A DNA stretch of 64,000 bases from Eledone cirrhosa (lineage: Eukaryota): positions 180,978,001 to 181,042,000 of the forward strand of contig OZ024742.1 in NCBI GenBank assembly GCA_964016885.1, given 5' to 3'. Below, one piece after another: positions 12,841 through 26,210 of this stretch; the first letter of the stretch is position 1, and the number at the start of each line of letters is the position of its first letter. The notes under the pieces are model-generated. The model did not search any database. It saw only the letters and a list, made by a program, of their open reading frames with translations, and had not been told where the DNA came from. The translations under genes and the position numbers were made by a program.

Positions 12841-13178
12841 ATATATATGTGTATATGTATGCGTGAATGGGTATGGATGTATTGTATATTTATTTTATTG
12901 TTTTTATATGTGTGTATGTGTGTAAGCGTATGTGTGTGTGTGGGGGGGGGGTATGTGTGTATATATACTCATGTATATGTTACGTGAATGTGTATGGATG
13001 CATGTATATGATTATAATGTTTATATTTGTGCATGTGTAATACAAGATACATCTTTTAAGGTACGACATTAGATACATATCTTAGTATATTGGAGGTTTT
13101 TTTTTTTATAGATGTGTAGGTATGTGTGTGTATATACGTTTATATGTGGGTGTGTATGTGTGGGTGTGTACATATGTG

Positions 13179-13209
<31 letters not shown>

Positions 13210-13291
13210 GTGTGTGTATATATGTATGTGTATGTATGTGTGTATGTGTATATATGTGTGTGTGTGTGTTTTCTGTGTTTGTGTGTGTATA

Positions 13292-13756
13292 TGGGCATAC
13301 GTCAAAACGGCCGGTCTCAAAAGTGAAACTCATTTTTGACAGTTACGTACGTCATTATTTTCAATTTGGATTGTGAATACGTGATATTTTTTTACACACA
13401 TCCACAAACTTATAGATGTATATACACATGTACAACATATATATGTGTGTATATGTACACATATACACACATATATATATACAAACGCATATATATATAC
13501 AAACACACATATATATATATACAAACACACATATATATATATATATATACATACACACACACATATATATACACACATATACACACCCACACATATATAT
13601 ATATTAAGAAATCCATACAATTGCGTGTGTTTGCATTATAGTCATCTCAAAGTTTATACAGGACTATATATACACAAATCTATTCAAATGAGTGAGTGTA
13701 CGTAACTGTCAAAAATTAGTTTCACTTTTCAGACCGGCCGTTTTGACGTATGCCTG
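13292..13756. mobile_element. Tc1/pogo-like MITE with ~55 bp TIRs and TA target duplication
   Basis: GGCATACGTCAAAACGGCCGGTCT..AAAGTGAAACT.ATTTTTGACAGTTACGTAC at left, reverse complement at right, TA on both sides. Confidence 0.75.
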
Positions 13757-14487
13757 TATATGTACCTACATAGGGTAGGGATTGTTTGTGAGTATGTTTT
13801 GTGTGAGTGCATATACATATATGTAGATATATATATATGTGTGTATGTATATGTGTGTATGTGTGTATGTGTCTTTGGGAGCGTGTCTGTCTTTGTGCCT
13901 CTCTATAAGGACAGGAGTGTATATGTGCGTGTGTGTGTCTATGTATATGTCTGTACGTGTTTGTGTATATGTGCAAATGTACGCGTATGCAGTTATGTGT
14001 CCTTGTATGCGTGTACGTGTGTGTGTGTGTGCGCGTGTGCGTGCGTGTGAGAGCGGATGTACGAGGCTATATAGGCAGGCGCCTGTGGACGTGTATGTTG
14101 GTATGTATATGGTCGTGGGCGTGCGTGGGTGTGTGTGTGAGAGAGAGTGTGTATGTATATGTATGCGGGTGTATATTCGTACATGTGTGTGTGTACATAT
14201 GTGTATGCGTATATATATACATGTGTGCGTGTATGTGTATGTGTATATATGTGTGTGTGTGTATGTGTGGGTATATATGTGTGTGTGAGCGGTCTTGTGA
14301 AATACCAAACCCAGCATGAGTCCATTGAAGTGTGTCGGACGGAGAGTAGCTGATGGCCAGTTTGGCAGCAAATATTGACCAGAATTTATGATGACGTAGA
14401 AAAACAACAGCCAATAGCAAGAAAAGAGAGGAAGATGTTTTTTGAAGCTAACACCCCAGTGAGAAAATTTGTTCCTTGAGTATTGCA

Positions 14488-14577
14488 TGTGTCCGAAGAA
14501 CCTGCAGTTGTAGAATCAGGCAGATCCATACAATGATCCTGTCTCAAGCTATCTGCTGGCGAAACAATTGTAACACA
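14488..14577 (+). ncRNA. Hammerhead-like motif in the right pseudo-LTR (core variant CCGAAGA)
   Basis: TGTGT-CCGAAGA-[long hairpin]-GAAA-CAATTG-TA-ACACA, followed by AATAAA. Confidence 0.5.
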
Positions 14578-14691
14578 CAATAAACTGAGTCCAGATGCAT
14601 CACTGATTTTTCGTTTTATATTATATATATACATATATGTACATATATATATATGTATATATATGTATCATTCATCATTCATCCGTTCATT

Positions 14692-15013
14692 TTATGTCCG
14701 CTTTTTCCCTGCTTGCAAGGTTGGGACGGGAACTGATGCTGGCTTGATTTCTACAGCTGGATGCCCTTCCTAACACCAACCTCATTTACAGTGAGTGCTG
14801 GGTGCTTTTTTGCCGTGGCACCTCCACGACCACTTTGCAGTGGAATGATAGGGACTGGGGTCCCTATCATCTCATTTCTACAGCTGAGTAAACTGGAGCA
14901 ATGTGAAATAAAGTGTCTTGCTCAAGGAAACAACACATCACTCGGTCTGAGAATTGAACTCACAACCTTTCGATTGCAAGCCCAATGCTCTAACCACTAA
15001 GCCATGTGCCTCC
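14692..15013 (-). mobile_element. Family B SINE (RTE tail)
   Basis: Near-identical to 1411-1751. Confidence 0.85.
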
Positions 15014-15046
15014 ATGTATGTATATATATATGTATATATATATAAG

Positions 15047-15375
15047 GGTAAAGACCCCCTTCAGTCACGAATGACCATTGGATTTGCACCTAGAAGGTTT
15101 CCCTTCTGAGATACAAGTCTGGGCAAGGTTGTTTGTGGAAGACCAGTAGTCACCCATACATATCTGTCTCTTCTATCCACACCACCGATATTGTCCAAAG
15201 GAAAGGCAATGGCCAATATAGCTTGGTACCTGTGATGTCCCAAATCATTTCTACAGCTGTAGAGTGAACTAGAGCAACATGAAATAAACTGTCTTGCTCC
15301 AGGACATAACACATCACCTAGTCCTAGATTTAAACTCACAACCTTACAATTGTAAGCCCAACACTCTAACCACTA
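15047..15375 (-). mobile_element. tRNA/CORE-like-headed SINE with a different 3' body
   Basis: Degenerate head related to family B; tail AATGGTCATTCGTGACTGAAGGGGGTCTTTACCC. Confidence 0.55.
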
Positions 15376-16139
15376 ATGTGCGTGTGTATGTATGTGTGTG
15401 TGTGTGTGCATGTGTGTGTGTAGGGAAAGTTATTGTTTGTTCTGAGAGGAAAATAATATAAGATGTCTAGATATGGTAAATAGATAGAAAAAGGAACATT
15501 TTCAGTTCATCAATGTGAAATTGATATGCTGAAAGAGCAGAGAAAATGAATATTTAAACAAATATCTATCTCATCTAAAATATTGCTATCTACCCCTCAT
15601 TCATTCTCCACCCACCATCCATTTACTATCAACCCACCATCCATTCACTCTCCACCCACCATCCATTCACTCTCCACCCACCATCCATTCACTCTCCACC
15701 CACCATCCATTTACTATCAACCCACCATCTCTTCACTCATTATCTACTCTATATCCACCAATTATCTATTCTGACATGAGAAGTCATGCTGGTGACATGA
15801 AAAATAAGCACCCAGCCCACCCTGTAAGGTGGTCATGCTGGTGATATGACAAAAAGTGTCCATTCCAATATGTTGGGCATGCCATACTGGTGACAATGAA
15901 AAATTACCCAACTCAACTTGTTAGATGGTTGTTTTGGTGCCACAATAAAAAGCACTCATGTGGTTGGCATTAGGATGGGCATCCAGCCATAGAAATCAAG
16001 TCCAAATACAGATCTGCATGAGCAAGACTATGTCACCTGACCTGACTTATTTCATAACATGAGAACCTGTCTAACACATGCAAGCATGGAAAATAGATGT
16101 TAAACGGTGATGATGATAATGATGATGACATCTACCATA

Positions 16140-16740
16140 CTCTGAATCCTTTACTTCCCTGCGCATGGATGCATTAAAGCTCTGACATCTGGCAACTGAC
16201 AAAATTATTAACCATCTTGCCAACAACATCACTGAGCTCCATTTTGAATTCCATGTGTCAAACACCCATGGACATGCTTACAAAATCAGAAAACAGCACA
16301 GCTCCTATGACTTTCAGAAACATTTTTTTCACTCTCAGAGTTGCTGAAACATGGAACAAGTTACATGCATCGGTTGTTAGGTGTCGGGACACTGCATTCT
16401 TCACAACTTCCATGCTTCCGGAAATTTGCCAACACTACACCTGATATTCCACCTCCATACACACGCACACATGTATCTGTGTGTATATTATAACTCATAC
16501 ACTATTCACTTACCTGACATTTGTATATTATTCTATGCACCTTTCCATTCTGAGTTCAAATCCCGCCGAGGTTGACTTTGTCGTTCATCCTTACGGGGTC
16601 GATAAAATAAAGTACCAGTAATGCACTGGAATAATTTCTGGCCTTGTGCCAAAAGTAGAAACAATTAGTCTATGTACTATATATGCACCTTTGATGAGTT
16701 GTAGTGCACCTGAGCATTCTACACAATAATTATCATTATC
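16140..16740 (+). mobile_element. CR1-like LINE 3' end interrupted by a family A SINE fragment (16545-16667); same 3' UTR recurs at ~42390-42563
   Basis: HGHAYKIRKQ..FF.LRVAETWNKL motif; shared UTR ACACTACACCTGATAT...GCACCTTTGATGAGTTGTAGTGCACCTGAGCA. Confidence 0.7.
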
Positions 16741-17027
16741 GTTGTTATTATATTCACCCACTATCCTTCCATATATTCACTCATCAGGTATCTGCCCGTC
16801 TTCCATCTATCAACCCAAATATCCACCCAGATATTCCCCCATCTATCCAATTAGCTATTCACTTATCAATCCATCAATTATTCATTGATCTTCTTCTTTT
16901 GTATAAGACTTCAATCACCTGACATCCACCATGTACCACAACCAACTCACAGTAGTGTACTTAGGGTGCATGTGGTTCACATTCTCATGTGGCCAGAAAT
17001 CCAGGCCCTCACTCAGTTTTTGTTCTG

Positions 17028-17339
17028 CAGGGTTGAATTTAGACTTTGGAGGGCACTTCAGGTTTGGGGGGCACTTCAGGTTTGGGAGGCCCTTCATACA
17101 CAAAGAATTAGAATATACAGCAAACTCCCCAATTTTACATATCAAAGTTAACTTGGCACAGGTAATTAGAATTGAAAAGTTATACACACAGGTATTAAAT
17201 TCTAAAATACTAACCATCCTAAAACTAAAAGACCCAGCTGAGGGTACAAATAAATTGCTATGGCTGTCACTGGTGGGGCCCCCTACTGCAGGGAAGCCAG
17301 AGCAAATTCTCCCTTGGCCCACCATTAAATCTGACCCTG
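17028..17339. mobile_element. hAT-like MITE
   Basis: Imperfect TIRs CAGGGTTGAATTTA / TAAATCTGACCCTG flanked by an 8-bp duplication TTGTTCTG / ATGTTCTG. Confidence 0.7.
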
Positions 17340-17449
17340 ATGTTCTGCAGTCTGCTCTAGCGAGCCACACTGGCAAAGGTTGTCAATCCCCTTATGGTCA
17401 GCCCTGGAAACTGATAACTGATCAAGTAAACAACATCCTCAGACAGCAA

Positions 17450-18480
17450 CAGTATTATTCACCCGCTATCCACCCATCATCTATTTGTTTTTCACCATCT
17501 ACCAACCTCTTATCTGCCCAACTATCAACCCACTATTCCCCCCACCTGTCCAATCAGCTATTTACCCAGCTATTCTCTCATCAATCCACCCGTTATTCTT
17601 TAGCTATCCATCAACTATTCACCCCTCTATCCAGCATGCATCCATCTATCATCCACTCAGCTATCAACCCAGCTATCTACTCATTACCCACCTATTACCC
17701 ACCCAACTATCAACTCATTACCCACCTATTACCCACCCATTATCCATCCAGCTATCTACCCATTACACACCTATTATCCACCCATTACCCACCTCTTATC
17801 AACCCATTTACCACCCAGCTATCCATTCATCCTCCACCCCCATCTATCTACCCATTACCCACCTCACATCCACCTAGCTCTCCACCCCTTATCCACCCAG
17901 CTATCTACCCATCACCTACCTCCTATCCGCCTAGCTCTCCACCCCTTATCCATCCAACTATGTCCCCCACACTCACCTGCTATCTACCCACTATCCACCC
18001 AGCTATCTACCCATCACCTACCTCCTATCCGCCTAGCTCTCCACCCCTTATCCATCCAACTATGTCCCCTACACTCACCTGCTATCTACCCACTATCCAC
18101 CCAGCTATCTACCCACCACCTACCTCCTATCCGCCTAGCTCTCCACCCCTTATCCATCCAACTATGTCCCCTACACTCACCTGCTATCTACCCACTATCG
18201 ACCCAGCTATCTACCCATCACCTACCTCTTATCCACCCCCAGCTATCTACCCACCACCCACCTCATATCCACCTACCTCTCCACTCCTTATCCACCCCCA
18301 ACTATCTACCTATCACCTACCTCCTATCCACCTAGCTCTCCACCCCTTATCTACTCACCTATCTCTGCTATACTCATCTGCTATTTCTCCATTATCCACC
18401 CAGCTATGCACTCGTTATCCACCCAGCTCCCTACCCATTACCCACCTATTACCCACTCATTATGCACCCATTTTCCCTCT
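17450..18480. repeat. Degenerate CCAT/CCAC-rich repeat with a 102-bp unit x~3
   Basis: CTAGCTCTCC recurs at 17931, 18033 and 18135. Confidence 0.8.
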
Positions 18481-18715
18481 ATTATCAATCACACACTGTA
18501 TTGTCATTAAATTATTCATTGCATCCCATGAAATATCTATAAAATATTCCATCCTAAAAATTAACATGACACTGGTTTTAAAAGCCAGAAAGAGTAAACA
18601 GTCATCACCATTGAATTTATCAATTTATTAATATTCAGATATAATAAATGCAAATTTATGCACATAATGTTTAACTATTCAAACCCATCAATTTAGCATA
18701 TACTAATGAATAACA

Positions 18716-19052
18716 TATGGCTTAGTGGTTAGAGCATTGGCCTTGCAATCGAAAGGTTGTGAGTTCAATTCTCAGACCGGGTGATGTGTTGTTTCCTTGA
18801 GCAAGAGACTTTATTTCACATTGCTCCAGTTTACTCAGCTGTAGAAATGAGATGATAGGGACAGGGGTCCCTATCATTCCACTGCAAAATGGTCGTGGAG
18901 GTGTCATGGCAAAAAAGCTCCCAGCACTCACTGTAAATGAGGTTGGTGTTAGGAAGGGCATCCAGTTGTAGAAATCAAGCCAGAATCAGTTCCTGTCCCA
19001 CCCTTGCAAGCAGGGAAAAGCGGACGTAAAATGAAATGATGATGATGATGAT
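18716..19052 (+). mobile_element. Family B SINE (RTE tail)
   Basis: tRNA-like head to GCAAGCAGGGAAAAGCGGACGTAAAATGA..(TGA)n tail. Confidence 0.85.
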
Positions 19053-20352
19053 GTATACCTATGTATGTATGTTTATGTGTGTTATTGTATGTGTATCTAT
19101 GCGTGTATGTATGTGTGCATGTATGTATGTAAGTATGCATGTATATATGTGTGCATGTATGTATGCATGTATGTATATATGTATATATGCATGCATGTAT
19201 GTATGTGCGTATGTATGTATGGATGGATGTAAGTATGCATGTATATATGTGTGCATGTATGTACATATGTATGTATATATGTATATATGTCAGGTCACCA
19301 GTTGGTACTACTGGTAACATGTATCCCAGTACAACCTGTCTCATGGTCGGGTCGTTGGCGACTAAACTGGCAACCCCACCAAGGTTTCTTGGTGAGGAGG
19401 GTGACTTTGGACATCCTGCAGGACTAACAACAAAACCTGTCAAAGGGCAAAGGAGCTCATAAGAGTCAATGGCCATCCAAAATCACTGGGATAGATGACC
19501 CCTTAGCCTTTGTCAAGGCAGAATTCTAGGAGAAGGAAAACTCTGATATAACACCTGCAACCCTGATGGTATCCAATGATGTTGACTTGTTCTTCTTTTT
19601 GGTAAATATCATCTTGGTTAAGAGAGTGGGACTGCCTTTGTGCAGTGCCTTTGTTCACTATAAAAGCTTCATGGCACAGGCATTGCTTTATATCTGGAGA
19701 TCTCTCTGCACTTTTCGTCACATGGTACCATGGGCCCAGCACTATGTGTCAATAATTGTCACAAGTGTAGTGTTTGTACCAGAGTTTTCAAGTCGTTGGC
19801 TGTTTAAAGTCACACTCATTCAGCGCATCGGTAGGGGTTCTCCTACATGGATATAAAGTAGTGGCCATACTCGAAAACGAGTTGGCAGCGACCATATATG
19901 TATATATGCATGCATGTATGTATGTGCATATGTATATATGTGCATATGTATGTATGTATGGATGGATGGATGTATGCATGTATGTATAAATATTTATTTG
20001 TGCATGTGTAGGTATCATGGTGAGGAGGGTGTCTATATATGTATGTACAAGGGTGGGGGAGGAAAAGTTCATAGGCTGACAATGAAGAAGTGGAGTTACA
20101 GCTGTGGAATCTTGTATGCTTTAATTTCAACTCTTCTTATTAACAACTGCCTTTTTTTTCCCAGTGACTATGCTGAAAAATTAGCCTCATTTGCTAATTC
20201 TATGAGTGTATGTTGGTCAGCCTATGAATTTTTCAGTCGACACTAGTATGTGCATACACACGCGCACACATATATTGATGGTATTTGAACTCAGAAGGGA
20301 AAGAGCTGAAATAAATACTGTGAAGCATTTTATATGAGACTCTATCAATACT

Positions 20353-20537
20353 TGTTTCTACTTTAGGCACAAGGCCAGCAAATACCCAGTGCATTACTGG
20401 TACTTTATTTTATCGACCCCGTAAGGATGAAAGGCAAAGTCAACCTCGGCGGGATTGACTTTGCCTTTCATCCTTACAGGGTCGATAAAATAAAGTACCA
20501 GTAATGCACTGGGTAATTGCTGGCCTTGTGCCTAAAG
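20353..20537. mobile_element. Fold-back (palindromic) family A SINE insertion with 18-bp target duplication
   Basis: ~85-bp inverted arms; TGAGACTCTATCAATACT at 20335-20352 and 20538-20555. Confidence 0.85.
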
Positions 20538-20589
20538 TGAGACTCTATCAATACTGCCAACCCACCATCGACTATAATATTAATGATAA

Positions 20590-20800
20590 TAATGGTTTCT
20601 ACTATAGGCACAAGCACAACAATTTTTGGGGAAGAGAAAGTTGATTAAATCGACCCTAGTTCATTACTGGTACTTTATTTTATTGACCCCGTAAGGATGA
20701 AAGGCAAAGCTAACCTTGGTGGGATTTGAACTTAGAACGTAATGGGCCGTAATTCTCTGCCACTAAGCATGTTGTCCGACGCTCTACCAATTCTGCTAAT
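20590..20800 (-). mobile_element. Family A SINE (long-tail variant)
   Basis: Shared core and head. Confidence 0.75.
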
Positions 20801-21457
20801 CCAATTAGTAGTAATGGTTTCTTTATTAGACTCACAGGGTTGACATTAAATAAACAATAGAAACAGTACATGATGATGCAGTGCATTTTTGTCGGTAAAA
20901 ATAGTTATAACAAAAACTAAAAAAATATACTTTTAAAAATCAAATGTCTGAGATGTTTCACACTGTTATCATAGAATGTGGTATATTCAGCAGCATACAG
21001 AAATCCACTCTCTTCCATAGGTTTGGAGTCAGTCTATCTGAAATGAGTGTTTAAATTGGTGTAATGTATATAATTATATGTATAAAACTGAATGTCTGTA
21101 TGTTTGTCTTGTAGAAAATAAATATTGTTAAATTAGATTAAATAAACCAGAAAATCAAATGTGACATTGCGAGCGCATATCATTTGCACAAAAAGTAACA
21201 CACAGAAACCAATTATCATAGCAGCCATGTTTCAACCATAGTGAAATTTTAAGTTCGGCGTCCATGATTTCCTATTACATCTATAGTCCTTTCCAATCAC
21301 TGCCAAGCACGTGACCTATACTCCACTAATAAGACCATTCTGATTCTGAAGATGAAGCCATGAAGGCTTCAAAACGTTAATACACACATGGATTTAGGAA
21401 AGTTGCTGTTCCAAACTAAGCATAAAGAACCAACAAGGAAATATGAAAAATCTTTAA

Positions 21458-21849
21458 CCCTTTAACATTCACATTATTTTATTGGCAGCATTGGTAGAAA
21501 GGTCAGACATGCTTTCCAGCGTAGTTACGTCTCTTTACGATCTGAGTTCAAATCCCGCCGAGGTTAAATTTGCCTTTCTTCCTTACGGGGTCGATAAAAT
21601 AAAGTACCAGTAATGTACTGGGTAATTGCTGGCCTTGTGCCAAAAGTAGAAACAATTATTTTATATATACTATTATATTTTCATGGTAAAGGCTTTACCT
21701 CACATAATTATCTCACATAATATCGAATCTATGAGATTTTGAATGTATTTATTTTGAGAACAATACCTTAACATCAGTTTGAGCGACCAGTTACAGCCAG
21801 TTTCAACAGATAGAGGTAGAGAATTCTGGCCGGTTTGAACATTAAAGGG
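21458..21849. mobile_element. piggyBac-like MITE containing a family A SINE (21482-21657)
   Basis: TTAA-CCCTTTAACATTC ... GAACATTAAAGGG-TTAA; SINE flanked by an ATTATTTTAT duplication. Confidence 0.65.
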
Positions 21850-24819
21850 TTAACAAAATTATCAAACTAAAGCAGTGTCATGTTTTCAATATGATATGTT
21901 TGAAAGTAAAGCTGTACTCTACATATTTAAACATACACACAAATATATTGACTCAGGCAGTTATATTTGTGTGTGTATTTCTTTAGACTGGCATCACTTA
22001 AATTAATGACAAGAATATAGTGGTGATTAAACACTAATTATTTCAGCTTATTTGATCACATACAACTCAAACTGTGTTTATAATTAGACAGAAATATTTT
22101 TACTGTAAAATGATACCGTAAATTTTAAATTACCCTTATGCAATTATTGAAAGTATCTTTAACATGACAGAAATAAACATTAATTGAAGAACATTTAAGG
22201 CAAAATTTATTTCAGCAAAATGGAATGTGTGAACATTAACCCTTTTGTTACCATATTTCTAATGAAATACAGTCATTTTCAATTAATGAAGAATTTGGAG
22301 GAATTTATAAAAATTATTGTTTCATAATTAAGATCATATTTGTAACTTAACAAAAGGTTCTTATATAAAAAATTATGTTGAAAGCTTTCATTTTAATAGA
22401 AACCTTTTAAATGTTTCCCAAGATAAGAAGTGTTTTGGGGATAATTAATTACAAACTAAAAATGATGAATAGAAGCAGTATGTAGTTACTTGACAAGTCT
22501 AATCTCAGTATGTGACAGCCCATCTAACTGATGCAAGCATGGAAAATAGACAATAAACAGTGATGATGATGATGATGATTTTCTGTCCACTGCAACACTT
22601 GGATATTCTTACTTTGTATAAATTCCTTGTCTATTCTTTTAATATGCTTTAGGTTATCATCATGTTAAAGAATCCACAAACGACATATATGACTTTTGAG
22701 GCATTGTCTTCTCTATCATTTGGAGGCATTGTCTTCTCTATCATCTCCAGAAAGACAATACTCATTATCATTATCGTTTAATGTCCATTTTCCATGCTAG
22801 TATGTGTTAGGAAGATTGACTCATTAGAAGCATGTTGGGTCAGGTGACCATGTCTTGCTCATATAGAACTGTTTCTGGCTAGGTTTCTACAGCTGGGTGC
22901 CCTTCCTAATACCAACCACATTTATAGTGTGTGCTGGGTGCCTTTTGTCATGACTCCTACATGACCACTTTACAGTGTGGGCTGGTTGCCTTTTGTTGTG
23001 AGTTCTACATGACCACTTTACTGTGCATGTTGGGTGCTTTTTGTTGTGTCGCCTACATGACCACTTTACAGTGTGTACTGGGTGCTTTTTGTTGAGATAC
23101 CTACACAACCACTTTACAGTGTGGGCTGGATGTTTTTGTGATACCAACTTTTTATGATGTTCATCATCTAATGTTTAGGATAGCCTTCCTTTCTATACAT
23201 GCTGCCATAAACCATAACATTGCAATCCCCAATTCTTGGTAATTTTTTTTATTGGAGTCAGGTGTAATAATAAAAAATACCCTAACATCTAAGCTATGCA
23301 CCTTCACTGAAATGTACAGTATTTTATGCACAACATATCCTACAATCAAACTGCTTTAGTTTATTTTTTTATGATGGCGACAGAAATCTGCATATAGTAT
23401 TTCTGTCAGATGCTTTTCAGCTTGTCAACAGCAGTCATTTTCTTATTCTTTATTGGCAAACAGTGAATTTATCAGTCGATGATAGTAGTTTTGACAGCTG
23501 TTGTGATGAATGATCAAATAAACACCAGTTTCTTTAGAGATAGATGTCGGCAGCAGTCTGACCAACAAGTTATTGAGCAACTGTTAACAATCAACAGTTA
23601 TTGAGTGTCAAACCTCAGCTATTGATGCTCCAAAAATACAATTCAGATTATACAGAAAGGTAATTTTCTCAATCATGTCTCTAATAGTAATTTTGTTTTA
23701 ATTTATGAACCATAATAGATCTAAGGATGAAATAATTAAATATTTATTAACTCTTAACATCTTGTAATTATTTAGCAAAAACAAAAAATCTTTAAAAACA
23801 AAAGGTTTGTTAATTTGTAGAATCTTTATGAGTGGACAGATCATGGTAAAATTTTGCAGTAAATTATAATAAAAGCTTTCATTTTCAATGTGATACAGTC
23901 AAAGTGAAGCTTTGTATTTTTCAAAAATATCTTGTTAATGTGGCTTCATGAGTTAATAGATAGAGTATAAAATCAAATATTGAAAATTATAATTTATTTT
24001 TCTCAAATATTCTTAAATTAAGAAGTATTCATTTATGTGACTTTCAATAATTGAGTTATACTAAACTAAATTATTGAATTTATACTTATATCATACAAAA
24101 ATGTTAAATAATCAATTTTTATTCATACATCATTTGAATCATATGTAATTAAATAAATAGAAATAATTAATACTTAATCATTAGTATACATGTGTCTTTA
24201 AATTAAAACCTAAGTGATGATGTATATATATACAGACACTTCTCAATATATGGCCCCAGTGATATATGACCAATTCAAACATTCCTACATTTGAATATAC
24301 ATTCATAAATACTATGCCAGGGTAAATTAAATCCAATCCCCCTGTTTGAGGAACCCCTACCTGGTTGACCTCCACCACTTTCTTTTTAGTATTGTTCATA
24401 TAAAAGGTGTAGTCATACTCACTACGCTTGATTGATTGTAGGTTGGTGAGACCATTTAACCCATAAACCTAATAAAATTAACAAAGGACAAGAAAATGAA
24501 CAACGCAAAATTAAAAACAATTTAAAAAAAAATAAAAATACAAACAAAGGGCACTGAACTTCAGTGGAATAAAAGACGAGAGCCATAGTTAGGGTGGGTG
24601 GCCACTGACTCTGAGTAGTTAATCTGCCCTATTAACAGCTCTTGTTTATGTGCTGTGGAGTTCTACTTACCCTCCTCCACCACACCAGAGTCTAGTGGAG
24701 GAGTTGGTTTAGTTACCAAATACTCGACCATGAAACAGATTGTACTGCATTGCATGATACCCGTAGCAGGCAGAAGTGTGACCTATCTATTAAGTGAGTA
24801 AATGCAAATAACATATAAT

Positions 24820-25088
24820 AATTGTTTCTACTTTTGGCACAAGGCCAGCAATTATCCCAGTGTATTACTGGTACTTTATTTTATCGACCCCCGTAAGGAT
24901 GAAAGGCAAAGTTAACCTCGGCGGGATTTGAACCGTAAAGGGACGTAACTGTGCTGCAAAGCATGGCGTCCGACCCTCTACTGATACTGCCAATCCACCG
25001 CCACTAACATATAATAATTGTTTCTACTTTAAGCACAAGGCCAGCAATTACCCAGTGCATTACTGGTACTTTATTTTATCGACCCCGT
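24820..25088 (-). mobile_element. Full plus truncated family A SINE pair
   Basis: ACATATAATAAT occurs before, between and after the two copies. Confidence 0.85.
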
Positions 25089-25270
25089 ACATATAATAAT
25101 GCATAACAAAAATAAAATATAATGTATTAATCAAGTAGTACAGTACATATGAGTGATGTATATGCAGTAACATTCTCACCAATCACACATGTCTTCAGGA
25201 TATATCAATGAAGTACCTGTCCCTGTGAGCGTGCCTGTTACCCCTCACCCCCCTCCGATTGAACCCAGGA

Positions 25271-25309
<39 letters not shown>

Positions 25310-25892
25310 CTGCATAATGCCAGGGGTGTCAATAGTTATTTATCATCATCATCATCAACAACGTTTCAATGGATTTTAAACACTGATGATATATAAACAT
25401 TGAGATCTCTGGTGTTATGCAGTAATACAGAAGATCTGCCTTCCCATGCGAATGGGTTGAAGCATACATCCAGTATGCACCCCTTTCCCCTCCATCTCCC
25501 TCGTCCCCTTCCCTCCCTCTCCCATATTCTAACACTCCACTCCTCACCATATAAGTCCCCAACCTCCCCATAGATCTACATCTCCAATATATATATTCAT
25601 ATATATATCTCCTTATAATATATAACCAGCAATTTCTCTGTCTGTCCGACAGTGGAAACACGTGCGCGTGTGGTTGCTATCTCTCTCTCTCTCTCCAGCT
25701 ATCCCTCTCTTTTAGTCTGTCTGTTTCTCTCACTCTCACTCTTTCTCTTTGTAATACACTAACATTCCTCCCCTCTATCGCTGTGACGAATGGGGAGATG
25801 GAGGAGGAGGAGGAGGAGGAGAGAGTCACTTTGTCACTTCACCTCTGCCTATCTTTCTCTCCCCTCTCACTCCCTCATTACGTACAGACATT

Positions 25893-26083
25893 AGGGCGGT
25901 GGATTGGCAGATTCTGTAGAGAGTCGGACACCATGCTTCATAGCATGGAGTTACGTCCCTTTACGGTCTGAGTTCAAATACCTGAGGTTAACTTTGCTTT
26001 TCATCCTCACGGGGTCGATAAAATAAAGTACCAGTAATGTACTGGGTAATTGCTGGCCTTGTGCCAAAAGTAGAAACAATTAT
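25893..26083 (+). mobile_element. Family A SINE
   Basis: Full head, core and tail. Confidence 0.85.
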
Positions 26084-26210
26084 TAGAAAGAAACATTGCT
26101 TCATTTTTACATATCTAAGCATTAGTAAAATAACTAATAATTTCAAAAGTAATTTTTCAATTCCAATTGTTATGAACAGCAAAACATTAATAATAATTTT
26201 GTTCTAAGAA

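Larger units (their letters stand above)
11058..14621 (+). mobile_element. 5'-truncated Penelope-like retroelement bounded by ~295 bp inverted pseudo-LTRs
   Basis: 11058-11351 is the reverse complement of 14327-14621; a GIY-YIG coding remnant follows the left copy directly; both termini carry a hammerhead-like motif. Confidence 0.8.

Noticed and set aside
12689-14488. Many overlapping C/V/Y/I- and H/T-rich ORFs (also at 19, 26, 31, 37, 50, 60 and 63 kb)
   Set aside because: Translations of (AT)n/(GT)n microsatellites
16931-18631. 566-aa Pro-rich (extensin-like) ORF
   Set aside because: Runs through a hAT-like MITE and a stop-poor CCAT/CCAC repeat; no ATG start or domain
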